NCBI GenBank assembly: GCA_964506035.1
Contig: CAZDLE010000003.1
Span: 1-55,597 of the forward strand
Reading direction: 5' to 3'
From: an uncultured Oscillospiraceae bacterium
GTDB taxonomy: Bacteria; Bacillota; Clostridia; Christensenellales; CAG-314
DNA: 55,597 bases
Shown here: piece by piece, positions 49,101-55,597 of the stretch
How positions within the stretch are numbered: the stretch's first letter is position 1
How the letters are laid out: every line of letters starts with the position of its first letter
Translations under genes and position numbers: made by a program
Notes under the pieces: model-generated
Seen by the model: only the letters and a program-made list of their open reading frames with translations
Told to the model about the DNA's origin: nothing
Database searches by the model: none

Positions 49101-51151
49101 TCACAGGTATCACCCTCAACAAAAACGATCTCTACAACTTCGATGCTATTGCAGCAATTATCAACACTCTTAATGGTAGTGACGAATATGCAGCTAACAG
49201 TGTTTACACCGAAGCTCTTACCGAAGCTCTCGAATCTGCAGACTACAAGATCGGTCTTTCCACAATCGACTTCAAGGGTCTTGATAGTGGCGAAAGCTAC
49301 GTAACGTCCGACAAGGCTAATTACGCTATTGAAGTTTCCAGCAAGACAAAGAATCTTACCTACGCTTGGACAATCAACGGCGAACCGGTTGAAGCTCAAG
49401 CATCCTATGCTTTCAAACCTGAAAGTGGCAAAACCTACACAATCAAAGTAGTTATCCAAAAGACAGGCGAAGGCTACGAAGATCAAAAGGAAGAATTCTT
49501 GCTTGAAAACGTCACGTTCATGCACTCCGACGTTAAAACTCCAATGGACGACCGCGTAACAGTTCGTGACGATGGTTCCTTCTCTTCCGTAACAGGTATT
49601 GGTTGGGGCGATTGGGAAGGCAGAAAGGTTCTCTATGATGACCTTGTATTTAACGGTTCCTTCTCCATCGCTATGGACCTTACCATTGATGAAAAGGGCG
49701 GTGGCGCAAACGTTGCTACAATCCACCTTCTCAATGCCGACACTCTCAGCCCAAGCTTTGGTGGCGACTGGGCATACGTTGGTTACGGTTGTATCTGTCT
49801 CCACGAAAATCCCGTTAGATTGGAAAGTAACTGGAACGGCACAGGCAAAAAACAATCCAGCGATGGTGGTTTTGAAGATGTTGCCGCTAAGATGACCGAA
49901 GCAGCATCTCTCCTTGAAACAGGCAAATCCTTCACAGTAAAACTCACCTGCTACCGCAAGGCAGATGGAAAACTTCAACTTGTGTATGCTCTTTTGAACG
50001 GTACCGAATGGATCGAATTTAACCGCAACGAATGGGCAGGTGACATGAAAGGCGGCTTTATCGTTGGTATCAACATCGAAAACGTAGGTATCACCGCTAA
50101 AAACGTTCGTTACGAACTTCTTACAGCAACCGACGATTATATCGCTGGTTCCGTAAAATCTCGTGCAGCTCTTTCCGCAGCACTTGTTCAATACAAGAAC
50201 CTCGACGTTTCTCAATACGTTAATCCTACAGAATTTATTGTAGCACGTGATGCTGCTTGGGCTGCTATGGCCGACAATAGCGCATCTGCAGACTACGATG
50301 CGGCAACAAAAGCTCTTGTAGAAGCAGCTAAAGCACTTGTAGGACGTGACGTTGCAGTTTCTGCAGGCGCACTCGACAAGGGTTATGCAAACTACCGTGG
50401 CGTAGATAAGTTTACCGCAACCTTTGCAGACGATATCGAAGCTACCGAAATCAAGTGGACGTACAAACTTAACGGCGAAGAAAAGACAGCTGAAGGTGCA
50501 GACCTTGCACTTGAAGTTGGTGCTTACACCGACGTTGTTTTGTCCTTCAAGGTTGGCGAAGAAACCTACTCCTACACCTATCAAAACTTCAGCGTTGCAG
50601 CTATCGGCCTCAAATCCAACACAGACACAGTTACCTTAAACGAAGATGGTTCCGTCAAGGTTGACAACGGCGCAGGTTGGAACCAAAAAGACCAACTTGT
50701 TATCGACGGTTGCAGAACGCAAGAATTCGAACTTGTGTTCAACGCTAAATACGACGGAAACCCTGGTGGTGAGTTCCGCGTAATGTGTATCAACCTGTTT
50801 GGTGAAGATATCCGTCCTGTATTCGGCTATCAACGTGAAGGCCGTGGCGACAGAGCTCAACTTGGCTTTGACAGCAACGGCGGTCAATGGAACGATATCA
50901 ACAACACCGATGCTGAAGGCGAACCTTACGACTACATCTATGGTGAATCTGGTGCTAAGTTCAGCCTTAAGCTCACTCAAGATGGCGAAGGCAAGTCTAC
51001 TATCACCTTTACCGTTTACGCAGCAGATGGTAGTGTTATCTCCACAAAGTCTTGTGATTACTCAAAGTGGTACAGCTCCACGACGGACATCCGCTTCACC
51101 TTCGAAAATATCGACCTTACACTCTCCGATTTTGAAGTTTACTACAACTAA
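46139..51151 (+). CDS. 1670-aa surface lipoprotein: N-terminal Ig-like domain followed by four [FIVAR-like helical / helical-Ig / lectin-like beta-sandwich] modules
   Basis: The RBS is AAAGGAGA and the lipobox is CITAC. FIVAR-like segments are present (for example DKTALITAITGASALKKGDYTSATWSALDTALKAANTARNQAGISQTDVDSAAAALTKAITDL). The lectin-like cores repeat VTGNYEWPTEEGRKVTLPDVRLSGNFTVHFDLTF and VTGDYGWDDLKGKKVTTNDITLSGNFTIYFDLTF. Confidence 0.65.
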   Translation: MKRILTLVLVLVLALCCITACKTNKPESELTPVSLTIKSLKEVSIEVGQAYTLTYETDGAVNVAVSGGTYDKDSQKFSATEPGTYTITVTATAEGKKDTVATVTVTVTAASADKTALITAITGASALKKGDYTSATWSALDTALKAANTARNQAGISQTDVDSAAAALTKAITDLQPVEIAKAVVAEDESSFTYNSTTYKAEDFNNFAAIVAEIRTLNAKTEIVLKSVYTTAIDAILATLDAKVKLVIKSDLRNNTTMLVETLGTYTLTAESEDDVTFAWTVNDEVKSSEATLEFTPAAFETEYVIKCTVTKGENTNVKTLKVSFREVDYKVNNIFASGITVEDNKVTVTGNYEWPTEEGRKVTLPDVRLSGNFTVHFDLTFTGGNGVMAMFLLKDNGENNSFWVAVLQHSNKLEVATAGHSDDFKPRYDMPVGTVDLNKVIHVMMTRTITDSKAYLYAYLLDDAGNVIMEHKANGLYKNDADSLGTVQLGIQAENCQFVVSNIAVGIEDSVISKTALNKALAVSSSYQEVDYTAESWAALASAKGAASAATTQEEIVAATESVSKATTDLVLAPVTKVVVSEGNISFGGKTYVAANFENMADIIAEIETLNADATITLNSVYAPKAQEIIAKLVSKVTLAIAGAPENGVQYLVNTLPSFAMTATASEDATVAWSVNGEAVSSEAAYTFAPKAFGSYTITCVATQGEYSTEKEYKFTLVNAGWTSNKPGGAVIDENNAIRVTGDYGWDDLKGKKVTTNDITLSGNFTIYFDLTFNNQSNVNVFAWFLNKSNGDVINDWVAITSQNNKLEVSCLEQKAYKDMTANATAIGTKTSYIVTREISDGRAYITATQIDANGNVVNDGTQDSGNRVSSDYTGPVVLGIQSENAHFVVENIRVNSAATINSKVALRALVKSTEDIIKTDYVEAVVKTLNEKIGAAQTVLDNVDATQAQIDEAFTNLETAIAAFKPENYTEVTKAQVTADAITYSITGITLNKNDLYNFDAIAAIINTLNGSDEYAANSVYTEALTEALESADYKIGLSTIDFKGLDSGESYVTSDKANYAIEVSSKTKNLTYAWTINGEPVEAQASYAFKPESGKTYTIKVVIQKTGEGYEDQKEEFLLENVTFMHSDVKTPMDDRVTVRDDGSFSSVTGIGWGDWEGRKVLYDDLVFNGSFSIAMDLTIDEKGGGANVATIHLLNADTLSPSFGGDWAYVGYGCICLHENPVRLESNWNGTGKKQSSDGGFEDVAAKMTEAASLLETGKSFTVKLTCYRKADGKLQLVYALLNGTEWIEFNRNEWAGDMKGGFIVGINIENVGITAKNVRYELLTATDDYIAGSVKSRAALSAALVQYKNLDVSQYVNPTEFIVARDAAWAAMADNSASADYDAATKALVEAAKALVGRDVAVSAGALDKGYANYRGVDKFTATFADDIEATEIKWTYKLNGEEKTAEGADLALEVGAYTDVVLSFKVGEETYSYTYQNFSVAAIGLKSNTDTVTLNEDGSVKVDNGAGWNQKDQLVIDGCRTQEFELVFNAKYDGNPGGEFRVMCINLFGEDIRPVFGYQREGRGDRAQLGFDSNGGQWNDINNTDAEGEPYDYIYGESGAKFSLKLTQDGEGKSTITFTVYAADGSVISTKSCDYSKWYSSTTDIRFTFENIDLTLSDFEVYYN
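46475..51148 (+). repeat. Four diverged protein-level repeat modules (approximately 46475-47670, 47670-48845, 48845-50150, 50150-51148)
   Basis: Boundaries were set at the starts of the four FIVAR-like helices as read in the translation. The units are diverged at the DNA level. Confidence 0.7.
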
Positions 51152-51330
51152 AATTTGTGAGTAGTGCAGTTAACCTATTTGTAACAGGCAAACAAACGTA
51201 AAAATAGCGCAAAACCTATCGCACAACTAACAGTGCGGTAGGCAAGCGCCAAAAAATAGTGCTCACACGGCACAATAATCCGTTTATTTGCTCAAAACAG
51301 ATCAAGTTAACGTCAAAAATCTACTATTTT

Positions 51331-51381
51331 CCACCAATATGGGGATACCAAACCCCCAAAGTGAAAGTATCCCCATGGTGG
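51331..51381 (+). promoter_or_regulatory. Long inverted repeat 33 nt upstream of ccsB
   Basis: The sequence is CCACCAATATGGGGATAC-N18-GTATCCCCATGGTGG, with a 10-bp core plus a 5-bp outer helix. No T-run follows it, so it is not a standard terminator. Confidence 0.4.
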
Positions 51382-51413
51382 CAAATATACAAATCCCCTA
51401 AAAAGAGGAAAAT

Positions 51414-52325
51414 ATGAAGTTTATCAAACCGCTTATGATTGCGTTTGCAATTATACTGTTGCCATTGGTAGTTATGTCCACCATGCAGTTGTTTGGTTGG
51501 GATTGGCCTACCGAGTTTGTCGGCGCAAACGTTGTGATGGCAATTTTGTTAGCAATTTTTGTTGTGTTGCTAATCATTTCCGCCTTCGGGCAAAAATTTC
51601 GCATTCAAAAAATAGGCAACTACATCCTTCACTTTGGATTTGTGCTGTTTTTGCTGGGCAGTTTGCTTTACCTAACAATGGGCAACTCGATAACGGTAGC
51701 AGTGCCAATTGACGGCGAAAAGGCCTATGACCAACTAAAGGATAGCAATGGCAACGTTGTTGACCTTGGTTTTGCCTTTGGTTTGGATGGGTTTGCAATC
51801 ACCTACTACGACCCCGTGTACGACGTTTACAGCGTAACGGAGGACTCCCCAAAAGCCATAATGACGGACGTGCAAGTACAACGTTCTCAAGATGGCGTTT
51901 GGTACTATGATTTTGGAAAATACGGCAAAGTAACTTTGGACGAGTTACTTGATGGCGATAAAATAGATTCAATCAAAAAGCAGTTCACACTTACCAACGA
52001 CGTTGTTGCAAGCGTTCGTTTGATTGTTAGGGAATACGTTGCAGATATCACCTTTATCGAAGATAACGGTGCCGAGCACACCCAACAACTGCTTGTAAAC
52101 AAAACAATCCACAAAAACGGATACAAAATTTACCTTATGGGCTACGACGAGATTACCTCTCGCGTAACGTTGATGTTCAAAAAGAACGTTGGCGAACCAA
52201 TTTCCACCGCAGGACTTGTGGTTGTGATGGCTGGAACGTTTTATCAATGTATTGTTTATCCCCTAATTGTAAAAGGACAAAAGCAAAAGGCATTGTCGCT
52301 ATCGGCAAAGGGGGAAAACAAATGA
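51414..52325 (+). CDS. ccsB: Short CcsB/ResB-like cytochrome c biogenesis protein (System II)
   Basis: The protein is 303 aa. It has three N-terminal TM helices, the third containing NYILHFGF (a conserved His context), then an extracytoplasmic domain of about 180 aa and a C-terminal TM helix preceded by GEPISTAGLVVVMAG. It is ATGA-coupled to ccsA. Confidence 0.6.
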   Translation: MKFIKPLMIAFAIILLPLVVMSTMQLFGWDWPTEFVGANVVMAILLAIFVVLLIISAFGQKFRIQKIGNYILHFGFVLFLLGSLLYLTMGNSITVAVPIDGEKAYDQLKDSNGNVVDLGFAFGLDGFAITYYDPVYDVYSVTEDSPKAIMTDVQVQRSQDGVWYYDFGKYGKVTLDELLDGDKIDSIKKQFTLTNDVVASVRLIVREYVADITFIEDNGAEHTQQLLVNKTIHKNGYKIYLMGYDEITSRVTLMFKKNVGEPISTAGLVVVMAGTFYQCIVYPLIVKGQKQKALSLSAKGENK

Positions 52326-53080
52326 CTTGGTTACGAATTGTAATGATACTTTCCGCCGCTGCACTTTTTGGCGCTACGGCACTGTATATCAAAAATAACA
52401 AGTACGCAAAGTATATTTCCACTTTGGGATTTGCGCTTTGCGGTGTAGTTGTTGCTACCAACTGGATATCCAACGGCTACGTTCCCTTTATTAGCATGTA
52501 TCAAGTGCTTGCCTTTGTTGCAATTTGCTTCCCACTGGCGTACCTTTTGATACATTTTGTTAGGGAAACAAAAATCAACTTTGCTTGGTTTACTCTTTGC
52601 GCAGCTGTGTGCATGGTGGGCTCGGCAGCAATGTTCAGCACGATGATTTGGCACCGTGCACCGGCATTGCAATCACCCTTTTTCATTCCGCACATTCTTT
52701 GCTACATCCTTTCCTACTCGTTGTGTGCAGTTGCTTTTGTGCTTACTATAACAATGATTTGCCAAAAGGACGAACGACAGGTTGCCCAAACGGAAAAATC
52801 CATCTACGCCGTTGTTATCACGGCATTCCCCTTTATGGTGATGGGTATGTTCCTTGGTGCAATTTGGGCAAATGAGTGCTGGGGAAACTACTGGTCGTGG
52901 GACCCCAAGGAAAACTGGGCGCTTATCACCACTTGTTTGTACGCTTTGTATTTCCACGTGCGCAAACGCAAATTTTTCAAAAAATGGCTCGTTCCCATTT
53001 TGATTATCGCGTTTGTAAGCCTAATTATCACGTTTGTTGGTGTAAATGTGGTACAAAACGCATTACACTCTTATTCATAA
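52322..53080 (+). CDS. ccsA: CcsA/ResC-like haem-handling membrane protein (System II cytochrome c synthase subunit)
   Basis: The start was moved to ATG 52322 behind the RBS AAGGGGG. The tryptophan-rich WWD motif WGNYWSWDPKENWA lies at 52880-52921, with flanking His residues. The protein is polytopic. Confidence 0.8.
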   Translation: MTWLRIVMILSAAALFGATALYIKNNKYAKYISTLGFALCGVVVATNWISNGYVPFISMYQVLAFVAICFPLAYLLIHFVRETKINFAWFTLCAAVCMVGSAAMFSTMIWHRAPALQSPFFIPHILCYILSYSLCAVAFVLTITMICQKDERQVAQTEKSIYAVVITAFPFMVMGMFLGAIWANECWGNYWSWDPKENWALITTCLYALYFHVRKRKFFKKWLVPILIIAFVSLIITFVGVNVVQNALHSYS

Positions 53081-53099
53081 ATCTTATAGGGAGGTATTT

Positions 53100-55346
53100 A
53101 TGGAAGAAAAATTCACAAAAAAGCTACTAATCATTTTGTGCTGTTTAGTACTTGTGGTTGCTTGTGGCTTAATACTTACTTCGTGTAAGCAGGAAAAACT
53201 AAATTTCGAGCCGGTAAGTGTATATCACACCGCAGAAAAGTACGTTTCTCCGTCGGGCATCGCGCTAAAGGGAAAGTCGATGTTTGTTTCCGACGCTACG
53301 CTTAACAAGCTTTACAAGCTCAACGAAGAAGGTACCGTTCTTAGGTCGTACGCCTTCGAACAACCCGTCAACGCAGTGTACGTAAATGGCGACAACGTCT
53401 ACGCGCTTGTTGGCGAACGTGCAGGTGAGATTTATCGCTTCGATAGTGGACTTACACTTTTGTCCAAAGCGGACGTGGACCACACCCCAATGGATGCGCT
53501 TGTACTTGACGGCAAAATCTACGTTGTAAATAGATTTTCCGGCACGGTTACTGTGCTTTCCGAAGACCTTGCAACGACAATTGCCACAATCGACCTTTCT
53601 GCCGGCAAGGAACCTGTTGCAATTGCAACAACTCAAGGTAAAATCTTTGTTGCATGTCACCTTCCCAGTGGCAAAGCAACGGATGCAACCGTTTCCGCAG
53701 ATTTGTTTGTAATCAGCCCCGAAACTAACCAAGTTACCAAAAAGATAGAGCTTATCAACGGTACCGGCAGCGTAAAGGACGTTGCTGTTTCTTCCGACGG
53801 CAACTACGTCTACATTACAAACTTGTTTGCAAGATACGCTTATCCCACGTCGCAACTTGATCGTGGTTGGATCAACACAAACGGTATCACCATTGTTGAT
53901 GCAGTAAACGAAACCATCTATGCAGGCGTTTTGTTGGACAGCGTCGAATACGGTGCGTCTAACCCTTGGGGTATCGACGTTATCGGTAGCGGTGCCGACG
54001 CAAAAATCGTTTGCGCAATCAGCGGTCTTGCAGAAATCTCCGTTGTGGACGAAACTGCAATGTTTACAAAACTTGACAAAGTGCAAAAAGGCGAATTTGG
54101 CTACACTTTGGAACAGGTTGTAGACCACGTTGAGTTCTCCGCAGATATCAGCCAACGTATTTCAATTGGCGGTAACGGACTTCGCGAAGTTTTGCTTGCC
54201 GACGAGGATGGCGAACAATTTGCTTATCTAACACAATATTTTGACGGCACTGTTACCAAAGTTGCCCTTGCTAAGGACGAATTTGGCGAACGTCAACAAC
54301 AATTGTACATGATCGGCGAACAAGGTGCTCCCACGGCGGAAAGAATTGGCGAAATTCTTTGGTTCGACGGTAACTATTGTTATCAAGCATGGGAATCTTG
54401 CGCAAGTTGTCACCCCGACGCTCGTGCAGACGGTCTCAACTGGGATAACCTTAACGACGGACTTGGCAACCCCAAACAAGCAAAATCCATGATGTATTCG
54501 CACCGCACACCTCCGGAAATGATCACCGGCGCTCGCGAAACAGCAGAACTTGCAGTTCGCAAAGGTATGCAATTTATTCAATTTAACACCATGGAAGAAG
54601 ATCTTTTGGCTTGCATCGACGACTATCTAAAGTCTCTTGCTCCTACTCAAAGTCCTTATCTCAATCGTGACGGCACTCTTACCGAATCTGCCGAACGCGG
54701 TAAGGATTTGTTCGAACAATACAACTGTGCAACTTGTCACTCCGGTCCGTACTACACCGACCTTCAAATGCACCAATCCTCCTCGTTGGAGTTGGACGAC
54801 ACTTGGGAAAACAGAGAGTTTGACACTCCGTCCTTTGTGGAAATTTGGAGAACGGCCCCCTACACATTTAACGGAAGTTGCGCAACCATGGAAGAAGCGG
54901 TACGTTACTTTGTGGAAAAATCCGGCAAAACCATCACAGACGAACAAGTTAAAGATCTTTCTAACTACATCCTTTCCATCGGCGACGAAGGTGAATACTA
55001 CGGTATCCAACAAATCTTCTTCGACAGAAACGACGATTCCGACGAACTTGCAGTTCAATTGCTCGTTCCCGGTAGAACAATGGAAAAGGTGGTAGTGCGC
55101 AAACAACACGACACCGACAAAAACGCTTACGTTTGCATCAAATTGTACGATCAAAACGGTAAGCAAATCGGCGAAAGTGTAAATGCAGTGCTTACCGATA
55201 TGGTCAAAGGCGACTACGCTGTGTTCGAGTGCGACTTGGATATCCCTGCAAATCTTGCCAAGGGCAGTTACTACGAGGTTGTTATTGTCAATGCCGATAA
55301 CACTAAAGAGTCGTTAGCAACACCCCTTCGTGTATACTATAAATAA
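53100..55346 (+). CDS. Lipoprotein fusing a beta-propeller (YVTN/LVIVD-like repeats) to a CCP/MauG-family di-haem cytochrome c peroxidase domain and a C-terminal beta-sandwich
   Basis: The start was moved to ATG 53100 behind the RBS GGGAGG. The lipobox is ILTSC. Propeller strings include DGKIYVVNRFSGTVTVL and DGNYVYITNLF. Haem motifs are CASCH (54399-54413) and CATCH (54726-54740). FDTPSFVEIWRTAPYTFNGS matches the conserved CCP block. Confidence 0.75.
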   Translation: MEEKFTKKLLIILCCLVLVVACGLILTSCKQEKLNFEPVSVYHTAEKYVSPSGIALKGKSMFVSDATLNKLYKLNEEGTVLRSYAFEQPVNAVYVNGDNVYALVGERAGEIYRFDSGLTLLSKADVDHTPMDALVLDGKIYVVNRFSGTVTVLSEDLATTIATIDLSAGKEPVAIATTQGKIFVACHLPSGKATDATVSADLFVISPETNQVTKKIELINGTGSVKDVAVSSDGNYVYITNLFARYAYPTSQLDRGWINTNGITIVDAVNETIYAGVLLDSVEYGASNPWGIDVIGSGADAKIVCAISGLAEISVVDETAMFTKLDKVQKGEFGYTLEQVVDHVEFSADISQRISIGGNGLREVLLADEDGEQFAYLTQYFDGTVTKVALAKDEFGERQQQLYMIGEQGAPTAERIGEILWFDGNYCYQAWESCASCHPDARADGLNWDNLNDGLGNPKQAKSMMYSHRTPPEMITGARETAELAVRKGMQFIQFNTMEEDLLACIDDYLKSLAPTQSPYLNRDGTLTESAERGKDLFEQYNCATCHSGPYYTDLQMHQSSSLELDDTWENREFDTPSFVEIWRTAPYTFNGSCATMEEAVRYFVEKSGKTITDEQVKDLSNYILSIGDEGEYYGIQQIFFDRNDDSDELAVQLLVPGRTMEKVVVRKQHDTDKNAYVCIKLYDQNGKQIGESVNAVLTDMVKGDYAVFECDLDIPANLAKGSYYEVVIVNADNTKESLATPLRVYYK

Positions 55347-55357
55347 GGAGGCAAACA

Positions 55358-55597
55358 ATGAAAAATATCAAAAAGAGTATTGTAACAGTTGTTGCTTTTG
55401 CAATCTTGTTGGTTCTTTGTCTAACGTTTGCTGCATGCAATAGTTCCACACCGTTAAAAGGCTACGAACAAGCTACCCTAAACAATAACACAACAACTAT
55501 AAAAACAAGTACTGCCGAACAAGCCAAGTACTACGGCTCGTTGGAAGACGTTATTTCCGGATATGCTTCGGAGTACATTATCACACGTCACAAGCCA
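55358..55597 (+). CDS. Lipoprotein of unknown function, 3' end cut by the window edge
   Basis: The RBS AAGGAGG lies 8 nt upstream. The translation MKNIKKSIVTVVAFAILLVLCLTFAACNSS carries a lipobox. The frame stays open to the window end. It is absent from the ORF track because no stop codon is reached. Confidence 0.7.
   Translation, partial: MKNIKKSIVTVVAFAILLVLCLTFAACNSSTPLKGYEQATLNNNTTTIKTSTAEQAKYYGSLEDVISGYASEYIITRHKP

Noticed and set aside
47276-50584. A 1102-aa minus-strand ORF, the longest antisense ORF in the window
   Set aside because: It is in exact codon register with, and antisense to, the well-supported 46139-51151 gene. Its translation is low-complexity and rich in Cys, Val and Phe. 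It has no RBS or recognisable domain. It is explained by sense-strand codon bias.
8214-54155. Other mid-size antisense or shadow ORFs
   Set aside because: The ORFs in question are 8214-9056, 19323-20132, 22139-23020, 31249-31935, 31999-32574, 33310-34026, 38964-39686, 43836-44744, 45054-45746 and 53265-54155. Each lies fully inside a gene with strong family motifs on the opposite strand. All have biased, Cys-rich translations and no RBS.
1-55597. A search for CRISPR arrays, transposases or IS ends, toxin-antitoxin pairs, restriction-modification systems and other defence genes
   Set aside because: There are no regularly spaced direct repeats. No ORF carries nuclease, helicase, methyltransferase or recombinase motifs recognisable by eye. 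All large ORFs are accounted for by carbohydrate metabolism, surface proteins or cytochrome maturation.

Overview
This 55.6-kb window comes from a low-GC genome with strong Shine-Dalgarno sites and many lipobox signal peptides, so it looks like a Firmicutes/Clostridia-type Gram-positive (inferred). Nearly everything is on the + strand. I see five blocks. (1) 1-13.6 kb is an operon-like run of giant secreted proteins and lipoproteins built from Ig-like, MBG-like, Listeria-Bacteroides (Flg_new) repeat and lectin-like modules. (2) 13.8-29.2 kb is a rhamnoside/rhamnose island: two GH78, GH36, GH3, an SGNH esterase and rhaB-rhaA-rhaD, all without signal peptides, plus an orphan ABC ATPase and a 6-TM protein. 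(3) 29.2-30.1 kb holds tRNA-Leu(CAA) on the minus strand and an orphan structured segment bracketed by two terminators. (4) 30.1-51.2 kb is an alpha-mannan-type utilisation locus. It contains GH38-HAD (minus strand), an unknown 493-aa protein, LacI, GH125, an ABC importer without its ATPase, an LGFP-like secreted protein, two GH76 and a 1670-aa four-module lipoprotein. (5) 51.4-55.3 kb is a minimal System II cytochrome c maturation pair (ccsB/ccsA-like) followed by a beta-propeller/di-haem peroxidase lipoprotein. I saw no CRISPR array, transposase, integrase or rRNA. All family assignments come from motif recognition by eye; no database or HMM search was run. Several ORF-track starts were moved to downstream start codons that have a ribosome-binding site.
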